A stretch of 24,000 bases of DNA, taken from positions 5,676-29,675 of the forward strand of contig JABLTI010000025.1 of the NCBI GenBank assembly GCA_013166835.1, given 5' to 3'. This document shows positions 8,565-17,413 of this stretch, piece by piece. Source of the DNA: Promethearchaeati archaeon (GTDB lineage Archaea; Asgardarchaeota; Heimdallarchaeia; JABLTI01). The notes under the pieces were generated by a model. The model ran no database searches, was not told the DNA's origin, and worked only from the letters and a program-made list of their open reading frames with translations. Numbering within the stretch: position 1 is the first letter of the stretch; every line of letters begins with the position of its first letter. Position numbers and translations under genes: made by a program.

Positions 8565-9572
8565 ATGCAAATGGTTGAGACACTAACTCTTGTATTAGGG
8601 ATAATTTCAGTTTTACTGGCTTTCGCAATTGGTTCAAACGATGAAACCTTTGCATCAGTCGTAGGAGTTAAGAGATTATCCGTCAAAACTGCAGTGATTA
8701 TGGGAGCAGTAATTGCAATTCTAGGTGGTTTTCTTCTCTCAGAAAGAGTAGGGGAGACACTACGAGATGATATTTCTCCAGGTCTATTTAATGCTGCTGT
8801 CAATCTCGATCAAACTGCTATACTGATATCACTTTATGTAGCAATGGCAATTAGTTTAATCTTAGCCTCAGTATTTGGGTTACCTATTTCATCCACTGAA
8901 GCGCTAGTTGGTGCGATTATTGGGTTATCTTTCGCTAATGGTAATAAAATAGTCTGGGGTATGGAAGGAATGGGGAAGGTACTTGTAACATGGATAACTT
9001 CTCCTATAATTGGATTCACGATTTCATTTCTAATAATGAAATTAGTGAATTTTGTTCTTGGTAAAACTGTTACGAGTTTTAGAAAACATGATAAAGCAAA
9101 TAACATCTTTGGTGTTTTATTACTAGGAATGGTTGTTTGGACAGGTTTGTCGAGAGCAGGAAATGACATTAATAATGCAATTGCTCCTATTGTTCCATTA
9201 TTTAGTGATGGAGGATATTGGTATAGTAGATTACCATTATTGATTGGAGGTATTGGATTAGGATTAGGGCTAATAATTATTGGATGGAGAGTGCTGAAAA
9301 CTCTTGGAAATGAGGTAGTGGAATTAACTCCGGAATCGGCATTTGTGACTGAAGGATCCGCTGCAATAATTATATTTCTTGCAGTTATTATTGGTATACC
9401 TGTTTCAGGAACGATGGTCTTAGTATCAGCATTCATAGGTGCTGGAGTAGGGATGAAAAAACCAATTAATTTCAAAACTTTGAGAATGATTGCAATCTTT
9501 GTTTTACTAACCCCTGTAATAAGTGGTATTTGCGCTATTGGTTGTTTCTATGCAATTAGGGGGTTCTTCTAA
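8565..9572 (+). CDS. pit: Inorganic phosphate transporter, PiT (PHO4) family
   Basis: About 10 TM helices. Both copies of the PiT signature are present: AFAIGSNDETFASVVG in the N-half and SRAGNDINNAIAPIV in the C-half. The track ORF starts at 8454 but overlaps the upstream gene and reads as non-membrane junk. The first sensible start is ATG 8565 (MQMVETLTLVLGII...). Confidence 0.9.
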   Translation: MQMVETLTLVLGIISVLLAFAIGSNDETFASVVGVKRLSVKTAVIMGAVIAILGGFLLSERVGETLRDDISPGLFNAAVNLDQTAILISLYVAMAISLILASVFGLPISSTEALVGAIIGLSFANGNKIVWGMEGMGKVLVTWITSPIIGFTISFLIMKLVNFVLGKTVTSFRKHDKANNIFGVLLLGMVVWTGLSRAGNDINNAIAPIVPLFSDGGYWYSRLPLLIGGIGLGLGLIIIGWRVLKTLGNEVVELTPESAFVTEGSAAIIIFLAVIIGIPVSGTMVLVSAFIGAGVGMKKPINFKTLRMIAIFVLLTPVISGICAIGCFYAIRGFF

Positions 9573-9574
9573 AG

Positions 9575-10330
9575 ATGTTTGATAGAATACTGGGATTTAG
9601 AACGATTCAAAGACAAGTTGAAGAAAAACTAATACAATTATCATTTATTCCAAGTAAATATTTCGAAGCACTCTATGTAGAATCAAGCACTAAGATAACG
9701 TGCCATACTTGCGATATTTGTGAAGTAGAAGAAGTAACAGTTAGAGCGGAGTTACTTAAGCTAATGAAGCAGGGAGAAGTTGATACAAAAGTAGAACTGG
9801 AAAAATTCCAATTATTTGAAAGAATTAATAGTGTCTCTGTGAAAAGTAAAGAAATTCGCACATTAATGAATAAATATTTTGAAGAAATGAAAAAGGAAAA
9901 TTATGATAAATTAGTTAAGTTTCTCAAAGAATCTGCTTATGCAGGAAAAATGATGCATTATTCGGTAAAAGGTCTTTATGATGACTATGATACTGCTTTG
10001 GAAAGAGTTGAAGAGTTAATAGCTGTTTGCAATAAAATTATTGGGAACTTGATTTCTTTCAGATTTCATGCTAAAGATGATAATGGATCACTAGATTATT
10101 CCTTTGAAGGGCCTGAATTTTTAATTGGTAATTCATTAAGGGATACATTACAAGATATGATTTTTGTAGGGGAAAAAGTAGCTCATATTGTGAAAACTTT
10201 TAGCTTTAATCATAAAGCCGTAGAAGTAGATGAAGAAAAACTTCAAGAGAAAGCAGAAGAGGAAAAGAAGAAATTAGAGAAAAAGAAAAAAAGAAAACAA
10301 AAAAAATCAAAGAAAGAGAAAAAAAAATAA
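9575..10330 (+). CDS. Hypothetical helical protein, possibly a second divergent DUF47/PhoU-like partner of PiT, with a CxxCxxC motif and a poly-Lys tail
   Basis: 251-aa ORF starting 2 nt after the PiT stop codon (9570-9572). It has an N-terminal MFDRILGF like DUF47 proteins and is predicted all-helical. It carries C43-H-T-C46-D-I-C49 and a C-terminus KKKLEKKKKRKQKKSKKEKKK. Only the coding call is solid; the family is not recognised with confidence. Confidence 0.6.
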   Translation: MFDRILGFRTIQRQVEEKLIQLSFIPSKYFEALYVESSTKITCHTCDICEVEEVTVRAELLKLMKQGEVDTKVELEKFQLFERINSVSVKSKEIRTLMNKYFEEMKKENYDKLVKFLKESAYAGKMMHYSVKGLYDDYDTALERVEELIAVCNKIIGNLISFRFHAKDDNGSLDYSFEGPEFLIGNSLRDTLQDMIFVGEKVAHIVKTFSFNHKAVEVDEEKLQEKAEEEKKKLEKKKKRKQKKSKKEKKK

Positions 10331-10344
10331 TTCGTTGATTTTAA

Positions 10345-11307
10345 TCATATTCTCTGCTTCTCAGCTCTATTTCTTATGAGTATTGCACTTAGATTAAACC
10401 CAAATACTACTACAACTAGAATTAGTGCAATTGCCCACTGGATGTTTCTAGTCGAAGAAGGAGCAGATACTGCCATACTATATAATTCGAAAGGAATCGC
10501 TGGAAACCTGGAAAGAAATCCAGTAAAGGCAGGAATACCCGTTGCTACACCAACAAATAGAATAGCAGCTGTTTCTCCGGCTGCTCTACCCAATGAAAGA
10601 ATCACTCCTGTAGAGATTCCAGGAGTGGCTGCTGGTAAAACAACGTGTCTGATTGTTTGCCATTTAGTGGCACCTAGAGCTAAGCTGCCTTCTCTATAAT
10701 CATGAGGTACAGTTTTCAAAGCTTCTTGCGACGTTCTAATTATGGTTGGTAATATCATGCAAGCTAATGTAAGCCAAGCTGCAACTAATGACTTACCAAT
10801 TCCTAAAGCTAGGACAAAGAATGCATAACCAAAAATGCCAAAAACAATTGAAGGAACACCGGCCAGATTGTTTATTCCTTGATTAATAATATTGACAATA
10901 ATTCCTCCTTTCGCATATTCATTTAGATAAATTGCTGCAGCAAGGCCTAAGGGGAGGGCAAGCCCAACAGCACCAATGATTAGGAGTATAGTTCCTATAA
11001 TCGCAGGTCGTATACCATAGTCAACCTCAGGCCCTGGTTTCATGAAGATCAATTTGAAGGAAACACCTCGAGAACCGTTAATTAATAAAATCAAAACAAA
11101 AGTTATGAGAAGAAGAAAGATAAATACAGCAGAGGATGCTAACATAGTAAAGAATATTTTTTGAGTTTTTTTAGGTTCAACTAAGCGTTTCCGTTTATCT
11201 AGGGCATCAAAATCCAAATTTTCAAAAGAATAAGTTTTCTGTTCACCTAATTCCAATTTTTGTTCATCATTCGTATGAGGTGAGTTTTCATCATGTGTGT
11301 CAGTCAT
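10345..11307 (-). CDS. pstA: Phosphate ABC transporter permease PstA
   Basis: Six-TM permease with the PstA-type block REGSLALGATKWQTIRHVVLPAATPGISTGVILSLGRAAGETAAILF. It starts 4 nt after pstC. It has an acidic N-terminal extension of about 60 aa. Confidence 0.9.
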   Translation of the reverse strand: MTDTHDENSPHTNDEQKLELGEQKTYSFENLDFDALDKRKRLVEPKKTQKIFFTMLASSAVFIFLLLITFVLILLINGSRGVSFKLIFMKPGPEVDYGIRPAIIGTILLIIGAVGLALPLGLAAAIYLNEYAKGGIIVNIINQGINNLAGVPSIVFGIFGYAFFVLALGIGKSLVAAWLTLACMILPTIIRTSQEALKTVPHDYREGSLALGATKWQTIRHVVLPAATPGISTGVILSLGRAAGETAAILFVGVATGIPAFTGFLSRFPAIPFELYSMAVSAPSSTRNIQWAIALILVVVVFGFNLSAILIRNRAEKQRI

Positions 11308-11311
11308 CTTC

Positions 11312-12286
11312 TTATGCCCCCCTGAATTTCTTGGTAAATCGTTTGATAATTAGATCTCCTGTAAGATTGACTACAAAAGTTATCATAAAGAGAACAATTG
11401 CTATGCCAAATAACGCATGAAATTGCGTGTCACCTTGTGCTGCTTCTCCAAGTTCTCGAGCAATAATTGCTGTTAATGGATCAACTGGAACAAGAATATT
11501 GAAAAACGGTTTTGGAATCTGCGATGCTCCGCCAGCCACCATAAGTACAGCCATAGTTTCTCCTATAGCTCTTCCGAATGCTAGTATAACAGCAACAGTT
11601 ATTCCTGATAAGGCAGCAGGTAAAACTACTTTTCTTATTGTTTGCCATTTAGTCGCACCCAATGCAAGAGAGGCCTCCCGAAAAGAGCTTGGAACAGCTC
11701 GAATAGCATCATCTGTTATGGAAACTATAGTTGGGATAACCATTATAGCTAAAATCAATCCGCCAGATAAGGCGTTTTCACCAGTTGGTAATCCAAAAAT
11801 GTATTTGACTGCGGGAACTAGAATAAATAATCCGAAAAATCCGTAAACAATTGAAGGGATACTTGCGAGCATTTCGACTGATGGTTTTAGGATTTTCCTA
11901 ATTCTCTGTGGGGCAATTTCTGACATATAAATTGAACAAGAGATACTAATTGGAACCGCAACAACCATTGCTATCAAAACAACCATAACTGTGCCAATGA
12001 TTCCATGAAGAATCCCATATTGATCTGCTGCTGGGTTCCAGCTTGTTCCAAAAAGGAATTTAATGAAACCAACTTCTGGAATAACTTGTAGACCATTAAC
12101 TAGAATAAATATGAAAATAAGAATTACAACAATAACAGAGATTCCAGCAAATAGCATTAAGACTATTCTTTGCCAACTAATTTTTTGTTTTCCAATTTCT
12201 AAAATAGAACCTTCTGAAGTACTCTCGTCTTCCTCTAATGACTCAATTGTTGGTTCTTCAATTGTTTCAATTTGATTTTGCGACAT
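11312..12286 (-). CDS. pstC: Phosphate ABC transporter permease PstC
   Basis: PstC-type blocks FGTSWNP...YGILHGIIGT and REASLALGATKWQTIRKVVLPAALSGI...GRAIGETMAVLMVAGG. AGAGGT (SD-like) lies 7 nt upstream of the ATG. Confidence 0.9.
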   Translation of the reverse strand: MSQNQIETIEEPTIESLEEDESTSEGSILEIGKQKISWQRIVLMLFAGISVIVVILIFIFILVNGLQVIPEVGFIKFLFGTSWNPAADQYGILHGIIGTVMVVLIAMVVAVPISISCSIYMSEIAPQRIRKILKPSVEMLASIPSIVYGFFGLFILVPAVKYIFGLPTGENALSGGLILAIMVIPTIVSITDDAIRAVPSSFREASLALGATKWQTIRKVVLPAALSGITVAVILAFGRAIGETMAVLMVAGGASQIPKPFFNILVPVDPLTAIIARELGEAAQGDTQFHALFGIAIVLFMITFVVNLTGDLIIKRFTKKFRGA

Positions 12287-12313
12287 CGAGTAACCTCTGG
12301 AATCTTAGTGTTA

Positions 12314-13228
12314 TTATGTAAAAACATCATCAGTTGTTGGTGCTACATTGATGAAACCAGTTTCTAATACAAGATCTTGTCCTTCTGGACTCATAGACCA
12401 ATTAATGAATTCATAAACCATACCTTCGGGCACCCCTAAGGTGATTAGAAATAGTTCTCTTTGAATAAAATAAGAATCATTGAGAACATTCTCTAGAGTT
12501 GGTTCAACACCATTTATAGTTACAGCTTTTACTGTTGAATCCAGGTAACCAAGGCCTATATAACCAACATAGTTCGAATTAGCTGCCACAGCATCTTTTA
12601 TCAATTGATTACTGCTTTTTTGAATGGCACTACTTACATACTCACTTCCAGGTTCGATTTGTGCACTATCTCCCATCACAAGTTCATTGAAAGCATCTCT
12701 AGTTCCAGAACCAGATTCTCTTACTACAACTTGTATTGCTCCAGTTAATCCGGCTGATGCCACTAATGGATCAGACCAATCAGATATTGTACCATTAAAT
12801 ATTGCACGAGCAACATCAATAGTTAAATCTAAAGGATTTGCAGAAGCATGAGTTATAATTGTTAAAGCATCCTTTGCAAAGGCAACTGCATTTAGACTTC
12901 CATTTGCTGCAGTTTGCTCCGTATCTTTATACGGTCTGGAAGCCATTGCGATATCTGCTTGCTCATCTATTAATGCAGTTATACCAGAGCCTGTCCCGGA
13001 ACCAGTAACTGAAATAATTACTCCAGAATGATATTCCGCAAATGCTTTGTATGTAGTATCAATTATTTTGAATACTGTATTAGAACCTTCGATGGTAATA
13101 TAATGTGTTTCACCAGTATTATTAACAGATTTTGCTAAAAACCAACTTGAAACAGCAGCAGCTGGTATTAGAATTATTAGGAAAAATACTAAACGATCTC
13201 TTTTTCTGGAGAATGACATTTTTTTCAT
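12314..13228 (-). CDS. pstS: Phosphate-binding protein PstS (N-terminally membrane-anchored)
   Basis: PBP-fold pattern: GSNTV, VTGSGTGSGITALIDEQADIAMASR, RESGSGTRDAFNE, and YVGYIGLGYLD. It has an N-terminal hydrophobic anchor (LVFFLIILIPAAAV) and no lipobox Cys. The start is ambiguous: TTG 13237 (track), ATG 13228 or ATG 13219. I list ATG 13228. Confidence 0.85.
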   Translation of the reverse strand: MKKMSFSRKRDRLVFFLIILIPAAAVSSWFLAKSVNNTGETHYITIEGSNTVFKIIDTTYKAFAEYHSGVIISVTGSGTGSGITALIDEQADIAMASRPYKDTEQTAANGSLNAVAFAKDALTIITHASANPLDLTIDVARAIFNGTISDWSDPLVASAGLTGAIQVVVRESGSGTRDAFNELVMGDSAQIEPGSEYVSSAIQKSSNQLIKDAVAANSNYVGYIGLGYLDSTVKAVTINGVEPTLENVLNDSYFIQRELFLITLGVPEGMVYEFINWSMSPEGQDLVLETGFINVAPTTDDVFT

Positions 13229-13271
13229 CCTTTGCAATTTTATTTTTCTTAAAGATTTGAAGAATTTTTAA

Positions 13272-13952
13272 TTACTCTATTTTTTCTCTTTCACTTGTAA
13301 CTACATATTTGCTTTCTTCAACAATGTTACAAGCATGGTCAGCAATCCTCTCAATATATCTCGTTGCTAGAATTAAACTGATTCCCGCTCTCACAAAGTC
13401 CGGATTCTTCTCCATAATTGAACCGATTTCCATTATTATTTCATCGTGTTTGTTATCAACTTCATCATCTAATTTCTTCCAATCATTGAAATCAAGCACT
13501 TTTTTGTTAAGAAAAGCAGTCGTACTCTCTTTGAACATGTTTAATGCAAGTTCACCTAATCCACCGATATCTGCTATGCATCCATTAAACATCTTCTTCT
13601 CTCTATCAACAAATTCAGAGCTATGAGCAATATGAACAGCATCATGGGCACAACGATGGATTTCATGCCCAATTTTTATGCTAGAAATAATGTATCTTAA
13701 ATCACTTGCAAAAGGCTGATGTAGAGCAAGACTACTAAGAGCGGAACTATCTAAATCATTGAATAGTGTATGGATTTTACTAACGTCTCTTTGTAGCTTC
13801 TTGTATGCTTTTTCATCATCCTCTAAAAGAGCTTTAACACCTTTATCTATCATCTTTGCAACTAATTTTGAAAGTTTGGAAACATGTCCTGTTAATTCAT
13901 TCATTAGTTCTTTAAATCGTATAGTTCCACCAAATTTTTCTTTTAGATCCAT
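13272..13952 (-). CDS. phoU: Phosphate signalling/transport accessory protein PhoU
   Basis: Two-repeat PhoU pattern: LALHQPFASDLRYIISSIKI and LILATRYIERIADHACNIVEE. It starts 1 nt after the pstB stop and has GGGAGAT upstream. Confidence 0.9.
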   Translation of the reverse strand: MDLKEKFGGTIRFKELMNELTGHVSKLSKLVAKMIDKGVKALLEDDEKAYKKLQRDVSKIHTLFNDLDSSALSSLALHQPFASDLRYIISSIKIGHEIHRCAHDAVHIAHSSEFVDREKKMFNGCIADIGGLGELALNMFKESTTAFLNKKVLDFNDWKKLDDEVDNKHDEIIMEIGSIMEKNPDFVRAGISLILATRYIERIADHACNIVEESKYVVTSEREKIE

Positions 13953-13953
13953 T

Positions 13954-14841
13954 TTATCCGAATCTCCCTGAGATGTATTCTTCAGTCATTTTTCGTTCCG
14001 GTGAACTGAATATCTTCTTGGTTCTATTAAATTCAATAAGTTCTCCAAGATTAAAGAAGGCAGTGTAATCAGAAACACGAGCAGCTTGTTGCATATTGTG
14101 TGTAACAATAACAACAGTGTATTCTTCCTTCAACTTAGTAATAAGATCCTCAATTTTTGCAGTAGCATGGGGATCTAAGGCACTGCAAGGTTCGTCAAAT
14201 AATATTACTTCAGGTTCTACAGACAATGCTCGGGCAATGCATAATCGTTGCTGTTGTCCCCCAGACAAAGATAAAGCAGTATCACCTAAACGATCTTTCA
14301 CTTCTGTCCACAAGACAGCTTTTCTTAAACACCCTTCAATTATCCTTGGAAATTCTTTTTCATTTATCCCATGAACATATGGTCCATAAGCAATGTTATT
14401 CTCTATTGACATAGCAAAAGGATTTGCTTTCTGGAAAACCATTCCAATTCTTTTTCGTAATTGATTCAAATCTACATTTTTTTCGTAAATATCTTGATCA
14501 TCAAGTAATACTTGACCGGCAATTCTTGCAGAACTAATTAAATCATTCATTCTGTTCAAGTCGCGCAAGAAAGTTGATTTCCCGCAGCCAGAAGCACCAA
14601 TAATTGCTGTCACCCTGTTTTTAAACATTGGAAGAGAAATACCAGAAAGAACTTGTTTGTCACCATACCAATGAGACAAATTGATTGTTTCCATTTTTAG
14701 TTCATGAGTTCTAATTAATTCCTCACTCACAATTTCGTGTTCATCTGTTAGTTCACTAGCAATTTTGATAGCAATAGCAGCATCTTTTTCACGATCGAGT
14801 TTTTGTTTAGTTATCAATACCTCATCGTCGCCATTTGACAA
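13954..14841 (-). CDS. pstB: Phosphate ABC transporter ATP-binding protein PstB, with a ~49-aa N-terminal extension
   Basis: Motifs: [13 protein letters not shown], Walker [11 protein letters not shown]-loop VFQK, signature [15 protein letters not shown], Walker [13 protein letters not shown]-loop VTHNM. The TTG start at 14841 is supported by GGTGA 5 nt upstream (plus strand tcacc at 14847-14851). The only in-frame ATG (14694) would clip the first beta-strand. Confidence 0.9.
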   Translation of the reverse strand: MSNGDDEVLITKQKLDREKDAAIAIKIASELTDEHEIVSEELIRTHELKMETINLSHWYGDKQVLSGISLPMFKNRVTAIIGASGCGKSTFLRDLNRMNDLISSARIAGQVLLDDQDIYEKNVDLNQLRKRIGMVFQKANPFAMSIENNIAYGPYVHGINEKEFPRIIEGCLRKAVLWTEVKDRLGDTALSLSGGQQQRLCIARALSVEPEVILFDEPCSALDPHATAKIEDLITKLKEEYTVVIVTHNMQQAARVSDYTAFFNLGELIEFNRTKKIFSSPERKMTEEYISGRFG

Positions 14842-14877
14842 TCAATTCACCATTAATTATAATCGATTGCGTATATG

Positions 14878-14886
14878 CTTTAAAAT
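14878..14886 (-). promoter_or_regulatory. TATA-like box (ATTTTAAAG on the minus strand) for the pstB-phoU(-pstSCA) transcript
   Basis: An AT box lies 37 nt upstream of the TTG start. The expected transcription start about 22-25 nt downstream would leave a short leader containing the GGTGA SD. This rests on position and sequence only. Confidence 0.35.
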
Positions 14887-15026
14887 CTTTTATTCACATT
14901 ATTTAGCATAACATATTTTTAAAAAATCAGTAAATAGTCGAAAGGAAATTGTTTTTTCAACGAATCTTTTCAAAAAAGAGAATTTTTTTAAAAAATAGTT
15001 TTAAGTCATTTTTCAGATGTTTATCC

Positions 15027-17207
15027 ATGTCAGAACAAAAAAGGAATAAAAAAAGAGTATTAGCTGTTGAAGATCTTTTCAAATTGAAACAAATAGGAGA
15101 ACCTACATTTAGACCAGGAACTACCGAAGTATATTACACAATTGCACAAGCAAATGAAAAGGAGAATAGTTACAGAAGAGCCATTTGGCGATTTAAAGAA
15201 CACTCACAACAATTCACCCAAGGTCTTACAAGTGATTTTTCAATAAAATGTTCACCTAATGGTGAAACACTTGCATTTGTTTCTATACGAGGTGCTCCGG
15301 GGCAGGATGATAAAGGTGTAAAACCAACCCCCCAGATATATGTCATGCCGTTCACTGGTGGCGAAGCTGTACAACTGACTTCTGTAGAAAATGGTGTTAC
15401 AGATTTCAATTGGAGTAAGGATAGTAAGAAAATAGTTTTCATTAGTCGGTTGAATAAAGAAGAACTTGAGAAACCCTCTCCAGATAAATTAAGGAAAATG
15501 GATTCCGATGATCTAGCATTGCTTGAAATGAAAAAAAAGCAAAATGAGAAAGTAAAAGTTGATCCGAGAGTGATTAGAAGAGCAGATTATCTTTTAGATA
15601 CTACTTTTCGAGATGATCGTAACGGTCAGATTTTCGTTATTGACCTAAAATCTAAGAAGACAAAACGATGGACTAACAATACTGATTTTGATATACAACA
15701 AGCATTTCTTGCTCTTGATAATTCGTATGTATTTTCAGTTAGACAAAAAGCGGAAGAAGATGATGAAACTCGAAATTATGAATTATTGAAAATAACAGAA
15801 GAAGGAAAAATCTCTATTATTACAGAAATTCAAAGTTGGGGTTTAACTAGTTGGGGGTGGACAAGTGCTCCGCTTGATCTTTCCCCAGATGACAAATATA
15901 TAGCAATGAATCTCTTGGACAAAGAGAAAAAGGCATTAGGTTTTACCCAAGTGGTTCTCATTAATGTTGAAGATGGTTCTCAGAAAATCTTAGCTGAAGA
16001 AGTTGATGCAGAGAAATTCTTGTTAAAATGGTCTCAAGATAACAAATATCTCTACTTCCAGGTAGAGGAAAAAAGTGTTTGTGGAATTTGGCGGATAAAT
16101 ATTGACGAAAATAAGACTGAGCAAATAGTTGGAGGGATAAAATACATTCTAGGATATGATCTCTCCAAAGATGGAGAATGGTTAACTTATCAAGCATATC
16201 AAGTAACTGATCCCTCAATGCTATATAGATATCACATACCATCAAAAACAGAGGAGCTTTTACACGCTCCAAACGAGGAGTTCTTAAATAAAATCCAACT
16301 CGGAAAAACAGAAGAAATCTGGTTTAATGGTTACGAAGACGATTACAAAATTAATGGTTGGATTCTTAGACCACCGGGTTTCAGTTCAGAGAAAGAGTAT
16401 CCCTTAGCATTAAACATTCACGGAGGTCCACATGTAATGTGGACACCTCATCAAAGTATTCCATTGTTTCATGAATTCCAACTATTAGCTGCTGAAGGTT
16501 ATGTAGTCATATATTGTAATCCTCGAGGTAGCGGTGGGTACGGATCAGAGTTCCGTATCGCAATTGAGAAAGAATGGGGTGAAAAAGCATCAAAAGATAT
16601 CCTTCTTGGAGTTGAGCATGTGGTGGAAAAAGGATTCATTGATAAAAAACGCATGGGAATCACTGGCGGATCTTACGGTGGATATATGACAAGTTGGGTT
16701 ATTGGACATGATGATCGTTTTGCTGTAGCTGTTGCTCAACGAGGAGTGTATTCATTACCACAACTTTGGAGAACAACCATTGCGAGAAAACTACTTGACG
16801 ATGAATTTGGTGGAGGACCACTTGAAGAACGAGATTTACTCTGGAAAAATTCACCATTAGCATATGCGAAGAATGTCAAGACCCCACTCTTAATTATTCA
16901 TGCAGAGAAAGATTTTCGAGCACCAATGGCTGATGCTGAAGCACTTTTCACTACTATAAGAATTGCTAATCCAAATCTAGACCTTGAATTTGTGAGATAT
17001 CCTAGGGAAGGTCATGAGCTTTCTAGAAGTGGTGAACCATTACATCGAATTGACAGGTTGAAACGTATTGTTGGTTGGTTTGACAAATATTGCCAACCCA
17101 AGAAGGTTAAAGACATAGAGAAACAAGAACTTGCCCGTTCAAAAGCTAAAGAATCCATGCGAAAACTCCAAGGAAAAATGTTTGAAAGCAAGAAAAAGAA
17201 ACAATAA
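15027..17207 (+). CDS. S9-family serine peptidase (prolyl oligopeptidase / acylaminoacyl-peptidase type): beta-propeller plus alpha/beta hydrolase domain
   Basis: An N-terminal propeller-like half is followed by a catalytic domain with nucleophile elbow GITGGSYGGYM, Asp in IIHAEKDFRAP and His in YPREGHEL. The track start at 14949 is a TTG giving an odd Phe/Lys-rich leader. The ATG at 15027 (MSEQKRNKK) sits about 30-40 nt after a TTTTTTAAAAAATAG box. Confidence 0.9.
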   Translation: MSEQKRNKKRVLAVEDLFKLKQIGEPTFRPGTTEVYYTIAQANEKENSYRRAIWRFKEHSQQFTQGLTSDFSIKCSPNGETLAFVSIRGAPGQDDKGVKPTPQIYVMPFTGGEAVQLTSVENGVTDFNWSKDSKKIVFISRLNKEELEKPSPDKLRKMDSDDLALLEMKKKQNEKVKVDPRVIRRADYLLDTTFRDDRNGQIFVIDLKSKKTKRWTNNTDFDIQQAFLALDNSYVFSVRQKAEEDDETRNYELLKITEEGKISIITEIQSWGLTSWGWTSAPLDLSPDDKYIAMNLLDKEKKALGFTQVVLINVEDGSQKILAEEVDAEKFLLKWSQDNKYLYFQVEEKSVCGIWRINIDENKTEQIVGGIKYILGYDLSKDGEWLTYQAYQVTDPSMLYRYHIPSKTEELLHAPNEEFLNKIQLGKTEEIWFNGYEDDYKINGWILRPPGFSSEKEYPLALNIHGGPHVMWTPHQSIPLFHEFQLLAAEGYVVIYCNPRGSGGYGSEFRIAIEKEWGEKASKDILLGVEHVVEKGFIDKKRMGITGGSYGGYMTSWVIGHDDRFAVAVAQRGVYSLPQLWRTTIARKLLDDEFGGGPLEERDLLWKNSPLAYAKNVKTPLLIIHAEKDFRAPMADAEALFTTIRIANPNLDLEFVRYPREGHELSRSGEPLHRIDRLKRIVGWFDKYCQPKKVKDIEKQELARSKAKESMRKLQGKMFESKKKKQ

Positions 17208-17413
17208 AAAATGCTGAAATCGAGACAAATGATTATTTAGAAAAACCTTGTCTGCCAAGAATCATTAAGAATTGTGAACTTAAAATATATTACAACACAA
17301 TCTATTGAAATGAAGGAACTTTAGAATCTATGGTTTTTCGGATTTAGTTTTTATCTTTTAAATAGGTGTTATTTTCTATGATAATACACAATACTATTCT
17401 TAGATGAAGAATT

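Noticed and set aside
8834-9475. 213-aa minus-strand ORF inside the PiT gene. Similar antisense ORFs lie inside pstA (10376-10699), pstC (11427-11846, 12063-12275), pstS (12624-12851), phoU (13309-13626, 13759-13971), pstB (14096-14414), the FetAB-like genes (3622-4155, 4695-4931), the peptidase (15170-15442, 15961-16272), FTR1 (17587-17886) and cooS (20882-21121, 21613-21816).
   Set aside because: All are embedded opposite genes with unmistakable family motifs. They have odd composition (Pro/Ser/Thr/Ile-rich shadows) and no recognisable domains. These are typical shadow ORFs.
14949-15026. TTG-initiated 26-aa N-terminal extension of the S9 peptidase
   Set aside because: It lies within the AT-rich promoter-like region (the TTTTTTAAAAAATAG box falls inside it) and encodes an implausible Phe/Lys/Ser-rich leader. 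ATG 15027 is the sensible start.
17222-17254. Inverted repeat GAGACAA...TTGTCTG after the peptidase gene as a terminator
   Set aside because: It is a 6-7-bp stem with a 19-nt loop and no following T-tract. It is weak compared with the clear hairpin plus T9 at 23627-23653.
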